Shown here: one piece after another, positions 36,936-46,141 of the stretch
Layout of the letters: each line of letters starts with the position of its first letter
Position numbering within the stretch: the stretch's first letter is position 1
Program-made: the position numbers and the translations under genes
Source of the DNA: Parcubacteria group bacterium
Lineage (GTDB): Bacteria; Patescibacteriota; Minisyncoccia; Moranbacterales; UBA11712
Direction of reading: 5' to 3'
DNA length: 64,000 nt
Assembly: GCA_041659685.1 (NCBI GenBank)
Contig: JBAZXV010000006.1
Coordinates: forward strand, 2,032-66,031
The notes under the pieces: model-generated
Told to the model about the DNA's origin: nothing
The model's input: the letters and a program-made list of their open reading frames with translations, nothing else
The model's database searches: none

Positions 36936-37385
36936 ATGAAATTAAGGATAAAAAGATTCAATAAAAATATTCCGCTGCCCCGATATGAAAAAATGGCGGC
37001 GGGGTTTGATTTTTATCTGCCGAAAAGGGTGACTTTCAATCCGGGAGAAACAAGAGCTTTGGACTGCAATGTAGCCATGGAAATTCCGGAAGGATATTTT
37101 CTGCTTATCGCGCCCCGGAGCACAACTTTTTCGAGGTTTGGGATCATCATGCCGCATTCGATCGGGATAATCGACCCAATGTACCGGGGAGACAGCAATG
37201 AATTGGTTTTGCTTTTCCATAATGTTTCCAAGAAAAAAGCGATTGTTCCCAAGGGCGCCAAAATAGCCCAGGGAATTTTTATGAAATATGAAAAAGCGGA
37301 ATTTCAGGAAGTGAAAAAACTGAATAAACCAAAAAGAGCGAAGTGGAATATCAAGGTAAAAAATAAATACAGGATGGGTAATTAA
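36936..37385 (+). CDS. dut: dUTP diphosphatase (dUTPase/dCTP deaminase family)
   Basis: 149 aa; AAGFDFYLP and GIIDPMYRGD motifs. Confidence 0.6.
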   Translation: MKLRIKRFNKNIPLPRYEKMAAGFDFYLPKRVTFNPGETRALDCNVAMEIPEGYFLLIAPRSTTFSRFGIIMPHSIGIIDPMYRGDSNELVLLFHNVSKKKAIVPKGAKIAQGIFMKYEKAEFQEVKKLNKPKRAKWNIKVKNKYRMGN

Positions 37386-37392
37386 TCAAAAA

Positions 37393-38040
37393 ATGGTCAG
37401 GAAGAATATAAATAAAATTCCGGAATTAATAATATTTGATTGGAGCGGCGTGCTTAGCGATGACAGGATGCCGGTTTTTGCGGCGAATATGAAAATGCTC
37501 GAAGATTATGGAAAACTTACAATGAATCTCGAAGGATGGCTCTCAAACACCGAAATGACCATTGTCCGCTTTATTCATAAGCGGGGAATAAAAGCAACCG
37601 CCGGGAGTATAAACAAAAAATACAAAAAATATTATAATGAATCCATAAAGTCGGGAATCACTCCTAAAATCATGCCCAGTGCAAAAAGAGTTCTTCGACA
37701 CTTAAGAAGAAAAAATATCCGGCTCGCGGTCTTAAGCAGTCATCCGCACAAAAACCTCAAAAAAGAAATGGCCGAATATGGGCTAAGTCGTTACTTTAAT
37801 GAAGTTGTCGGTGAAGTGAAAGACAAGGTTGAAAGTTTGCGAAAAATTTGCAAAGATCTGGATACGGATCCCGGTCGGTCGGCGTATGTCGGCGATATGA
37901 TCTCTGATATTCAATCGGCAAAGCAAGTTGGAGCAACTTCGATTGCTGTCAGCACCGGATATCATTCCAAAAAAAGGCTAAAAAATGAAAAACCGGATTA
38001 CCTGTTTGGAAAACTATCGGATCTGTCAAAATTGTTTTAG
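37393..38040 (+). CDS. HAD-superfamily hydrolase
   Basis: 215 aa; motif I IIFDWSGVLSDD; motif IV GDMISD. Confidence 0.65.
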   Translation: MVRKNINKIPELIIFDWSGVLSDDRMPVFAANMKMLEDYGKLTMNLEGWLSNTEMTIVRFIHKRGIKATAGSINKKYKKYYNESIKSGITPKIMPSAKRVLRHLRRKNIRLAVLSSHPHKNLKKEMAEYGLSRYFNEVVGEVKDKVESLRKICKDLDTDPGRSAYVGDMISDIQSAKQVGATSIAVSTGYHSKKRLKNEKPDYLFGKLSDLSKLF

Positions 38041-38049
38041 ATTAATATA

Positions 38050-38424
38050 ATGGAAATTGTTTCCCAAGACAAAGCGAAATTTTTTGATAATCCTGAAGGG
38101 CGGAAAGCCTGGATTTTCGGTTTTCCCGAATATGAATTTCAGTATGACGAGCAGCAGCCGGGCGCGGTCCTCAAGTGGCACCACCACGAAAAAATTTGGG
38201 AGACGATATATATCATTGAAGGTGAGCTTGCGGCGAGATGGAAAGAAAATGGAGAGGAAAAAGAACAAATTGTGAAAACGGGCGATGTGATTGAACCGGG
38301 ATACGGAACACACACATTCGAAAATCGTTCCGGAAGCACCGTAAAATTTATTGCCTTCAAACAAATGCTATCCGGAGAAGATATGGGAGAAATGATTGCG
38401 AAGGATAAGGTTTATGACGAATAA
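38050..38424 (+). CDS. Cupin-domain protein
   Basis: 124 aa; cupin His pattern (WHHHEK...E...H). Confidence 0.5.
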   Translation: MEIVSQDKAKFFDNPEGRKAWIFGFPEYEFQYDEQQPGAVLKWHHHEKIWETIYIIEGELAARWKENGEEKEQIVKTGDVIEPGYGTHTFENRSGSTVKFIAFKQMLSGEDMGEMIAKDKVYDE

Positions 38425-38612
38425 TTTTTTGCGAATTAATAATAAATTGAGCTGCTAAAGAATCCGTATTTTCTTGAAATTGAACTCGAAGCCGGTTTTT
38501 GTCCCAAAAATTTCCTAGCGATGCACACGTAAAGCGGAAATTTTTGACAAAAATCAGCTCCTCAAACAACAATTTCTGCAAAAATTCGAATTTTTCAGTA
38601 GTTTCTAACTTT

Positions 38613-39062
38613 ATGGAAATAACCAGGCATTTTACGGTGACGACAACGATAGTTCATAAAAACAAAGTCCTTTTGCATTTTCATAAAAGCTTAAAGAAGT
38701 GGCTGCCTGTCGGCGGACATATTGATCGGGACGAGCTTCCCGAGGAAGCGGCAGTAAGGGAAGCAAAAGAAGAATCCGGGCTTGATATCGAGATCTATGA
38801 TCCCGATAAAAAGGTAATCTTCAAAAAATCGAAACAACTCATCAGGCCTTCCCTCATTACGCTTCATGACATTAATCCTTACCACCAGCATATTGATTTT
38901 GCATATTTTGCAACCGCAAAAACAAACAAGTTGAAGCCGAAGAAAAATGAAACGAAGGATCTCAGGTGGTTTTCCCTGAAAGAAGTTGAGTGTTTAGACA
39001 TGCCCGAAGATGCGAAAATCCGAGCCCTTAAGGCGTTTGGTGAGCTTGGCGAAGAAAAATGA
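38613..39062 (+). CDS. NUDIX hydrolase
   Basis: Nudix box GGHIDRDELPEEAAVREAKEESGLD; start chosen at MEITRH (the upstream extension looks non-coding). Confidence 0.7.
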   Translation: MEITRHFTVTTTIVHKNKVLLHFHKSLKKWLPVGGHIDRDELPEEAAVREAKEESGLDIEIYDPDKKVIFKKSKQLIRPSLITLHDINPYHQHIDFAYFATAKTNKLKPKKNETKDLRWFSLKEVECLDMPEDAKIRALKAFGELGEEK

Positions 39063-39158
39063 AAGTCCGGCAATGTTCATAATCCGCAACTCTTCCTTTA
39101 TGCGGGGAGCTTTTCTTTACATCCGAAAAAATCAGTGTTAAGTTTAAGTAACTGAATT

Positions 39159-39677
39159 ATGCTGAATTCCATTATTCAAAACAACATGGGGCTAAGCGTT
39201 ATTGGGGCAGCCGTGGTCGCAATTTTGCTTTTGGTTTGGAATATTTTTCTTCATCTCAATGTCGGCCGCTTAAAGAAAAATCAGCAGCAGCTTTTTTCAG
39301 GGAAAAACGGCGTCGATCTTGAAAAGATAATTCTGGAACACGCGAAAAACTTAAAAGAGCTTGACCGGGACATTCAGGATCTTTACGGCATTTCGAACCG
39401 GATTCACGGTCTGGCCTTGAAATCGGTGCACAAGGTCGGCATCGTCCGCTTTAATCCCTTTAAGGACCTCGGCGGAGATCAAAGCTTTTCTGTGGCCTTT
39501 CTTGACGGAGAGAACTCCGGCGTGGTAATCTCATCGCTCCATACGCGGGAAGGGAACCGTGTTTACTCGAAACCGATTGAGAAAGGGAAGGCCGTAAAAT
39601 ATCCCCTCACGGACGAGGAGCAAGACGCGATAAAAAAAGCGGATGCCGGGGGAAGCAATGCCGGAAAAAAAGCGTAA
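39159..39677 (+). CDS. DUF4446-like membrane-anchored protein
   Basis: 172 aa; N-terminal TM; conserved IVRFNPFKDLGGDQSFSVAFLDGENSGVVISSLH block. Confidence 0.45.
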   Translation: MLNSIIQNNMGLSVIGAAVVAILLLVWNIFLHLNVGRLKKNQQQLFSGKNGVDLEKIILEHAKNLKELDRDIQDLYGISNRIHGLALKSVHKVGIVRFNPFKDLGGDQSFSVAFLDGENSGVVISSLHTREGNRVYSKPIEKGKAVKYPLTDEEQDAIKKADAGGSNAGKKA

Positions 39678-39701
39678 ACTGAGAATAGCCAATAACCAAA
39701 T

Positions 39702-39743
39702 TCTCCCCCTACGAGGGACCACCCGTAGGGTGGCAATATCCAA
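39702..39743 (+). repeat. Twin-hairpin ~42-bp repeat, intergenic copy (TCTCCCCCTACGAGGGACCACCCGTAGGGTGGCAATATCCAA)
   Basis: 39 of 42 nt identical to the copy inside cca; the second hairpin is preserved with a loop change (GCA to GTA). Confidence 0.8.
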
Positions 39744-39852
39744 ATAAGTTCCAATCACCAATGACTGAATAACCAAGATGTTCTTTATTTTGAAAAATTG
39801 GTCATTGATTATTATTTAATTATTGTTCTAGGAATTTGAAGTTTTAAAGATT

Positions 39853-41631
39853 ATGGAAGATGTAGAAAAAGTAAAAGTGAAAATTCCGTCGCTGGTGACC
39901 GTGAAGAAATTCGCGGAACTTTTGGGTCTTTCTGTAACGGATGTCATCAAGGAGCTTATGAAAAATAAAATCCTGGCGACAATCAACGATGAAATAGATT
40001 ACGAAACTGCAGCCGTAATAGCTTCCGATTTGGGGTTTGAAACTGAAGAGGATATCGAGGTGTCGGGATCGGGAGTAATGACGCTGGAACAGCTTGATGA
40101 AATTATGCGGAAGGAAAAAGAATCCGGAAAAAATCTGAAACATCGGCCGCCGGTGGTTACTATCTTGGGCCATGTTGATCACGGGAAAACCACTCTTCTT
40201 GATACGATTCGAAAAACTTCGGTTGTAGAGAAAGAAGCGGGCGGAATCACCCAGCACATCAGCGCCTACCAGGTAAAAAAGAAAGGCGAGATTGTTACGT
40301 TTGTTGATACTCCGGGACATGAGGCTTTTTCTGCTATGCGCGAGCGCGGAGTAAGTCTTGCGGATATTGCGATATTAGTCGTTGCCGCCGATGACGGAGT
40401 CCGTCCGCAGACGGAGGAAGTGATCAAGTATCTTAAGGAAAAGAAGATTCCGATGGTGGTGGCGATAAACAAAATTGACAAGCCTAACGCTAACGTCCAA
40501 AGAGTGAAACAGGAGCTGGCGGACAGAGAAATCATGATTGAGGAGTGGGGCGGAAATATAGTTTCAGCGGAAATATCTGCCAAACAAAACATTGGCATCG
40601 ACGAACTTCTTGACATGGTCCTTCTTGTTGCGGAAGTTGAGGATTTAAGAGCGGACTATAAAAGGCTGCCTCTCGGAGTTGTGATTGAATCCAACCTTGA
40701 TCCTAAAAAGGGACACATGGCGACGGTCTTAGTGCGGACGGGAACCCTGAAAGAGGGACAGGATATTATTGTCGGATCAATTTCCGGGCGGGTGAGAAGA
40801 ATTGAAGATTTTAAAGGCCGTCAGCTCAAAGAAGCCGGGCCTTCAACGCCGGTTACGGTCATCGGGCTCAATCAGTCCCCCAACGTAAACGATGTTTTTC
40901 TGGGTGTGGCTGATCTGAAGTCGGCAAGAGCCATGCAAAAGGATCTTGGAGCCAGCGGAACCGGAACAAGAAAATTCGATTCGCAAAGCATGCTGAAGAG
41001 CATTGAGGATCAGAATATGAACAGACTCAATATTATTCTTAAAACCGATGTGCAAGGGTCGCTCGAGGCCATTGACCAGATTTTGAGCACCATCAAATCC
41101 GAGGAAGTGGGAATAAATTACATAAAACAGGGAGTGGGAGATATTACCGAATCGGATGTAAAGCTTGGACAAACGGCGGGTACGGTTATTTTTGGCTTTA
41201 ACAGCCAGCCGACAACGGTTGCCAAGCGCCTTGCGGAAATGAACAACGTTGAAATAAAAAGTTATAAAATCATCTATGAATTGGTTGAGGATATCAAGAA
41301 GAGACTGGAAGACATGTTGGGAGAGGAAACCGTCAGAACCGATCTCGGAAAATTAAAAGTGCTGGCCATTTTCATGACGGGCAAAAAAGACATGATTGTC
41401 GGCGGAAAAGTGATCTCGGGGAAAATGGTCAACGGGGAAAATATAGAAGTTTTGCGCGAGGAAAAAAATTTGGGACGAGGAAAACTTTCCAATCTTCAGC
41501 AAAACAAAATCAATGTGGATGAGGTGAAAGAGGGAAACGAGTGCGGAATCACTTTTATTGGGGAAACAAAAATAAAAGAGGGAGACACCCTTGTTTGTTT
41601 TCATGAAGAGGTGGTGAAGAAAGTATTATAA
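39853..41631 (+). CDS. infB: Translation initiation factor IF-2 (short N-terminus form)
   Basis: 592 aa; GTPase motifs GHVDHGKTTLLD, DTPGH and NKID. Confidence 0.9.
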   Translation: MEDVEKVKVKIPSLVTVKKFAELLGLSVTDVIKELMKNKILATINDEIDYETAAVIASDLGFETEEDIEVSGSGVMTLEQLDEIMRKEKESGKNLKHRPPVVTILGHVDHGKTTLLDTIRKTSVVEKEAGGITQHISAYQVKKKGEIVTFVDTPGHEAFSAMRERGVSLADIAILVVAADDGVRPQTEEVIKYLKEKKIPMVVAINKIDKPNANVQRVKQELADREIMIEEWGGNIVSAEISAKQNIGIDELLDMVLLVAEVEDLRADYKRLPLGVVIESNLDPKKGHMATVLVRTGTLKEGQDIIVGSISGRVRRIEDFKGRQLKEAGPSTPVTVIGLNQSPNVNDVFLGVADLKSARAMQKDLGASGTGTRKFDSQSMLKSIEDQNMNRLNIILKTDVQGSLEAIDQILSTIKSEEVGINYIKQGVGDITESDVKLGQTAGTVIFGFNSQPTTVAKRLAEMNNVEIKSYKIIYELVEDIKKRLEDMLGEETVRTDLGKLKVLAIFMTGKKDMIVGGKVISGKMVNGENIEVLREEKNLGRGKLSNLQQNKINVDEVKEGNECGITFIGETKIKEGDTLVCFHEEVVKKVL

Positions 41632-41649
41632 TTTATACCTAGCGAAATT

Positions 41650-42006
41650 ATGAAATTAGATTCAGCAGTTTTTTATTCCAATGACATTGAAAAAGCTACT
41701 GAATTTTACAGAGATGTCATCGGGCTGGAGGTTGATTATATTCAGGAAGGAAAATATTCCTCATTCAATTTTGAAAACGCAAAATTTGGCATAAAACAGA
41801 GAAAAGAAGAGAGGGAGGTTCCAGGATCCCAAACGATATTTGTTGAAGCGAAAAATATTGAAGATCTATACTCTCTTTTGAAGGAAAAAGGAGTTTCTTT
41901 TTATAAGGAAATTGTTGAGGAGGATTGGGGAACGAATTTTAGCTTGCTTGATCCAGATGGAAATAAAATCCAATTCGTAAGAAGACGCGATGTTTTCAAG
42001 AATTGA
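41650..42006 (+). CDS. VOC/glyoxalase-family protein
   Basis: 118 aa; glyoxalase-like beta-alpha-beta-beta-beta module. Confidence 0.55.
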   Translation: MKLDSAVFYSNDIEKATEFYRDVIGLEVDYIQEGKYSSFNFENAKFGIKQRKEEREVPGSQTIFVEAKNIEDLYSLLKEKGVSFYKEIVEEDWGTNFSLLDPDGNKIQFVRRRDVFKN

Positions 42007-42319
42007 TCGTATCAACGAACTGATAAAGAATACCCTGGCGCAAGTTATCCAGGAAGAGGCCGAAATTCCCCTCGGTGTTTTTTTGACAGTAACTAAAGTT
42101 GACACTTCGCGCGACCTTCGCTATGCTAGGGTGTTTGTGAGTGTTTTTCCGGAAAAAAAATTCGGCGAGACTCTCAGAAGACTTGAGAAAAAAGTTTATT
42201 CAATTCAGGGGATATTGAATAAAAAACTGAACATGAAACCGCTTCCGAGAATTGAATTTATTTCTGACCGGACTGAAGCGCAGGCGGATGAGATTGAAAA
42301 AATTCTCAAAGATTTATAG
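41990..42319 (+). CDS. rbfA: Ribosome-binding factor A
   Basis: 109 aa; infB-rbfA synteny; KH-like fold residues. Confidence 0.7.
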   Translation: MFSRIDRINELIKNTLAQVIQEEAEIPLGVFLTVTKVDTSRDLRYARVFVSVFPEKKFGETLRRLEKKVYSIQGILNKKLNMKPLPRIEFISDRTEAQADEIEKILKDL

Positions 42320-42354
42320 GCCGGCTTAACGAATCGGGGAAACGATAATATCCG

Positions 42355-43350
42355 TTGCGATTCTTTCTTTGTATGACCAGTATTTTTTCGAAAGAATTTA
42401 TAGATATAAAAAATGAGCTGGAAAAATCCAGAAATATTTTACTTGTGGCCCATTCTAATCCGGACGGAGACACAGTCGGATCCGTTTTTGCCCTGAAAGA
42501 ATATGCAAAGAGTTTTTTGGGAAAAGAAGCGCAGGTGACTTGCGTCAATTCTCTCCCTCAGCACTTAAAAGACTTTTTGCTTGGCGATGATATTATCGAT
42601 CCTAAAACAGTGGATACGTCCAAGTATGATTTGCTGATCGGTTGTGATGCTGTGGAACGGGGTTTCGAAAAAATAGTAACTTCAAAAAATGAGGGTCAAA
42701 AAATAATTCTTCTTGATCATCACACGACATTGCGGATGAACAAGGTGAAGCCGGATATAATTATCAGCGATGAAAAATATTCCTCGGTTTGCGAAATAAT
42801 TTTTGACTTTTTCGATTTTCACCGCGTTGAAATAAATCGAAGAATTGCCGAGTTTCTCCTCCTTGGCATCATAGGAGACACAGGAATATTTCAACATGCC
42901 AATACAACGCCGAAGGTTATGGAAATAGCGGCCAAGCTCATGAAAAAAGGCGCTTCCCTCTCCAGGATAATCAGGCTGGTATTCAAAAACAAAAGACTCG
43001 AAACCCTGAAGTTATGGGGGCGGGCCATGGAACGGGCGGAAATTAGTCCGAAGACGGGGGCGATTATGTCTTATATTACCAAAAAAGATCTGGAAGATCT
43101 TCAGGGCGACATCGAAGATATTTCCGGCGTTGCAGAAATTCTCAATACGGTTTCGGGAACAAAGTTTTCTTTGGTTTTGTCCGAGCGGGGAGAAAATCGC
43201 GTTAAAGGGAGTCTCCGCAGCGAGGAATATAAAAATATGGATGTCTCGGAAATAGCCCGATTCCTAAAAGGAGGGGGCCATAAGCTCTCCAGCGGTTTCG
43301 AAATCAGAGGGCGTCTCATAAAAGATGGCGATGGCTGGAAAGTGGAGTGA
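42355..43350 (+). CDS. DHH-family phosphoesterase (NrnA-like)
   Basis: 331 aa; DHH motif region LLVAHSNPDGDTVGS; DHHA1-type C-terminus GGGH. Confidence 0.75.
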   Translation: MRFFLCMTSIFSKEFIDIKNELEKSRNILLVAHSNPDGDTVGSVFALKEYAKSFLGKEAQVTCVNSLPQHLKDFLLGDDIIDPKTVDTSKYDLLIGCDAVERGFEKIVTSKNEGQKIILLDHHTTLRMNKVKPDIIISDEKYSSVCEIIFDFFDFHRVEINRRIAEFLLLGIIGDTGIFQHANTTPKVMEIAAKLMKKGASLSRIIRLVFKNKRLETLKLWGRAMERAEISPKTGAIMSYITKKDLEDLQGDIEDISGVAEILNTVSGTKFSLVLSERGENRVKGSLRSEEYKNMDVSEIARFLKGGGHKLSSGFEIRGRLIKDGDGWKVE

Positions 43351-43414
43351 TTTTCCGTGAATTGCAAATAGGAGATAAACAATTTATTCATACGATTTAA
43401 TTTCCGCAGGTCGC

Positions 43415-44080
43415 ATGAAATTAGCAGTTCGTAAAGATATGCTTCAATATAAAAATATCGAGAAAAAGATAGTATCTTGCTGCAAGTGCCTTTTGCGGGG
43501 AACTTGCTCGCGGGTTGTTCCCGGTGAAGGCAGCCCCAACGCCGAGATTATGTTTATTGGCGAGGCGCCCGGTGCAGAAGAAGACAGGCAGGGCCGCCCG
43601 TTTGTGGGCTCAGCCGGGAAGTTTCTCGAAGAGATGATTTCTCTTATCGGAAAGAAGAGGGAAGATGTATTTATTGCAAACGTTCTCAAGTGCCGTCCGC
43701 CTGGGAATCGGGATCCTCTTCCCGAAGAAATTGAAGCCTGTTGGCCGTGGATGATTGAACAGATAAATATCATAAACCCCAAGCTTATCGTAACTTTGGG
43801 CCGTCATGCCATGGAGCGATTTCTTCCCGGCCAGAAAATTTCGCAAATTCATGGAAAAGTAATGAGGCGCGAAATTCCGGGAGTCGGGCGGCGGGTCTTT
43901 TATGTTCTCTATCATCCGGCGGCCGCCCTTTATCAGGGCAGCCTTCGCGAAACCCTCAAGGCGGATTTCAAAAAGATTCCAAAGGTTATTGAAGCAATCG
44001 AAAAAGAAAAATATGTTCCTGATAAGAAAACGGAAAAAGGAGTTGAAGTTGAGGAGAATAAACAAAAGCCTCTGTTTTGA
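43415..44080 (+). CDS. Uracil-DNA glycosylase, family 4
   Basis: 221 aa; GEGSPNAEIMFIGEAPGAEED and HPAAAL motifs; Cys ligands for the Fe-S cluster. Confidence 0.8.
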   Translation: MKLAVRKDMLQYKNIEKKIVSCCKCLLRGTCSRVVPGEGSPNAEIMFIGEAPGAEEDRQGRPFVGSAGKFLEEMISLIGKKREDVFIANVLKCRPPGNRDPLPEEIEACWPWMIEQINIINPKLIVTLGRHAMERFLPGQKISQIHGKVMRREIPGVGRRVFYVLYHPAAALYQGSLRETLKADFKKIPKVIEAIEKEKYVPDKKTEKGVEVEENKQKPLF

Positions 44081-44139
44081 ATGTTTGCCGAAAACGGACC
44101 AATATTAAGCCGGCCCAGTAATGCATAAATCCGCTTCAA

Positions 44140-44168
44140 TTGACCGTCATTTCAAATGATGCTATTTT
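44140..44168 (+). promoter_or_regulatory. Candidate promoter for tRNA-Cys (TTGACC-17-TATTTT)
   Basis: Near-consensus -35, 17-nt spacer, AT-rich -10, about 12 nt before tRNA-Cys. Confidence 0.3.
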
Positions 44169-44180
44169 TTTTATAGTTTT

Positions 44181-44251
44181 GGTCCGATGGCCGAGTGGCT
44201 AGGCAGAGGACTGCAAATCCTCGTACGGCGGTTCGATTCCGCCTCGGACCT
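44181..44251 (+). tRNA. tRNA-Cys (anticodon GCA)
   Basis: Acceptor GGTCCGA/TCGGACC with discriminator U; anticodon stem GAGGA/TCCTC with loop CTGCAAA; T-arm GGCGGTTCGATTCCGCC. Confidence 0.8.
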
Positions 44252-44282
44252 CAAAAGATGATTGCCGGGATGTTATTCGCAC

Positions 44283-44322
44283 GGCGTACTAACTGTATAT
44301 TATATACTAATTAGTATGCCGT
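44283..44322. repeat. 40-bp near-perfect palindrome (CGGCGTACTAA...TTAGTATGCCG around an AT-rich palindromic core)
   Basis: 11-bp arms with one mismatch around TGTATATTATATAC; immediately upstream of the HNH-like ORF. Confidence 0.6.
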
Positions 44323-44326
44323 TGTA

Positions 44327-44554
44327 TGAAGAAAAGAAGCTGGTCTGAAAAAAGCTAAGGCAGGCTGCCGCAGCATTGTGAATTTTGCGGATGGAAGGAA
44401 AAGTCAAAGGACGGAAGATTGCCATTGGAGCTTGATCGCATAAACGGAGTCAGTAATGACAATCGCCTAACGAATCTTCAGGTACTTTGTCCCAACTGTA
44501 ACTGCCATAGTCCGCAACCGACTCATCGGAAAAGAAACAGAAAAAAGAAATAAG
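44327..44554 (+). pseudogene. Small HNH-endonuclease-like ORF interrupted by an in-frame TAA (44357-44359)
   Basis: MKKRSWSEKS-stop-GRLPQHCEFCGWKEKSKDGRLPLELDRINGVSNDNRLTNLQVLCPNCNCHSPQPTHRKRNRKKK. Has CxxC...N...CxxC of the HNH/His-Me finger, but the first His is replaced (DR). No alternative start codon after the stop. Confidence 0.4.
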
Positions 44555-44639
44555 CCGAAGTGGCGGAACTGGCATACGCGCGACACTTAAAATGTCGTGA
44601 GATTTTATCTCTTGTGGGTTCGAGTCCCACCTTCGGCAC
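44555..44639 (+). tRNA. tRNA-Leu (anticodon UAA)
   Basis: Acceptor GCCGAAG/CTTCGGC; 3-bp D-stem with 11-nt loop; anticodon stem CGACA/TGTCG with loop CTTAAAA; long variable arm; T-arm GTGGGTTCGAGTCCCAC. Confidence 0.8.
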
Positions 44640-44648
44640 AATTATTCT

Positions 44649-45350
44649 ATGCTTCAACCAAACAGAAAAAAAATGATAATTTCCGCCGATGACTTCGGTG
44701 TAAGCAAATCGGCGAACAAAAATATATTGGAGCTGGCTAGAAGAGGAAAGCTTGACAGGGTGTCAGTGATGGCAAGCCAGGATTATCTCGGCGGAGAAGA
44801 TGTCTCGGAGCTAAAAAAAACAGGAGTTAAGCTCGATATCCACCTCGAGCTTCCGAGAGCGAAAGGCAAGAAGCATAAACTTAAAGACGGAGTTGCCCGC
44901 AGAGGACTGATTTTTCTTTTGCACTATATTCTGGGGAGAAACGGGAAAAAAAATATGAAACAGGCGTGGGCTTATCAGATCGAAAGATTCAGGGATATTT
45001 TTGGAAGATATCCGGATGGCATCAATTCCCACGAATACATTCATTTTTTTCCGCCTTATTTTAAAACAGCGCTGGAGCTTGCTCGGGATAATAAAATTAA
45101 TTTTATCCGTTTTGGAAAAGAGGGTCCCCTAAGAAAAAAAAGCAATGTTTCCAGGGTTCTTGGCAGGCTTCATAGGGTTAACAACAAGCGGTTTGTCTGT
45201 TCCGGCCTTCAATCAAGCGATTGCTTTGTCAGTCTCGACTGGATAAGGGACAGGAAAAAATTTCTGGATAATCTTCCGGAAGGAAAAACGGAGTTGATCT
45301 GCCATCCGGAGCGGGGGGAAGAGTTCGACATTATCAATAAATGGGAATAA
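44649..45350 (+). CDS. ChbG/YdjC-family carbohydrate deacetylase
   Basis: 233 aa; N-terminal MIISADDFGVSKSANKNILELARRGKLDRVSVMA typical of YdjC. Confidence 0.65.
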   Translation: MLQPNRKKMIISADDFGVSKSANKNILELARRGKLDRVSVMASQDYLGGEDVSELKKTGVKLDIHLELPRAKGKKHKLKDGVARRGLIFLLHYILGRNGKKNMKQAWAYQIERFRDIFGRYPDGINSHEYIHFFPPYFKTALELARDNKINFIRFGKEGPLRKKSNVSRVLGRLHRVNNKRFVCSGLQSSDCFVSLDWIRDRKKFLDNLPEGKTELICHPERGEEFDIINKWE

Positions 45351-46102
45351 TAATCATGACTGTTTGGATTTACACAATTTTAAGCGTGATTGCCGTAAGT
45401 CTGATTTCATTAGTCGGAATTTTCACGCTTTCTTTCGGCGAATCGAAAATCAGAAAGGTTATTCTTTTCTTTGTCAGCTTTGCAGTCGGGGCGCTTTTTG
45501 GAGATGCGCTCATTCATCTCATCCCGGAAACTTTTGAGAAAATGGAGTCGAATCTGCTGGCATCCATGCTGGTCCTGTCGGGGATCATTATTTTCTTCGC
45601 GCTTGAAAAATTTATACACTGGAGGCATTGCCATGATGCATCCTGCGAAGGCCATTTGCATCCGGTTATCACAATGAATATTGTCGGAGACATGGTCCAT
45701 AATTTGATTGACGGTATGATTATTGCCGGAAGCTTTTCCATCAGCGTTCCGCTTGGAATCGCGACGACAATAGCTGTCGTTCTTCATGAGATACCTCAGG
45801 AAATAGGGGATTTTGGCATAATGATTCATGGCGGATTAACCGTAAAAAAGGCGCTTATGCTGAACTTTCTCTCAGCCACAACGGCAATTTTGGGGGCCGT
45901 TATTGTATTGGCGGTTGGGAGCCGCATTACCGGATCTTCCGTTTTTCTTCTCCCTGTCACGGCAGGCGGTTTCCTTTATATTGCCGGATCGGATTTGATT
46001 CCGGAACTTAAACACGAAACAAAAATAACTGTCTCGATTGGACAGCTACTTGCAATGATTCTGGGTATTGCCGTGATGGCAGCGCTGCTACTGGTTGATT
46101 AA
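45341..46102 (+). CDS. ZIP-family metal transporter (ZupT-like)
   Basis: 253 aa; 8 TM helices; HNLIDGMIIAGSF and HEIPQEIGDFGIM signatures. Confidence 0.75.
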   Translation: MGIIIMTVWIYTILSVIAVSLISLVGIFTLSFGESKIRKVILFFVSFAVGALFGDALIHLIPETFEKMESNLLASMLVLSGIIIFFALEKFIHWRHCHDASCEGHLHPVITMNIVGDMVHNLIDGMIIAGSFSISVPLGIATTIAVVLHEIPQEIGDFGIMIHGGLTVKKALMLNFLSATTAILGAVIVLAVGSRITGSSVFLLPVTAGGFLYIAGSDLIPELKHETKITVSIGQLLAMILGIAVMAALLLVD

Positions 46103-46141
46103 CGAAAAAATAAGCACTAAGATATTCCCGCTTCGTTTAAA

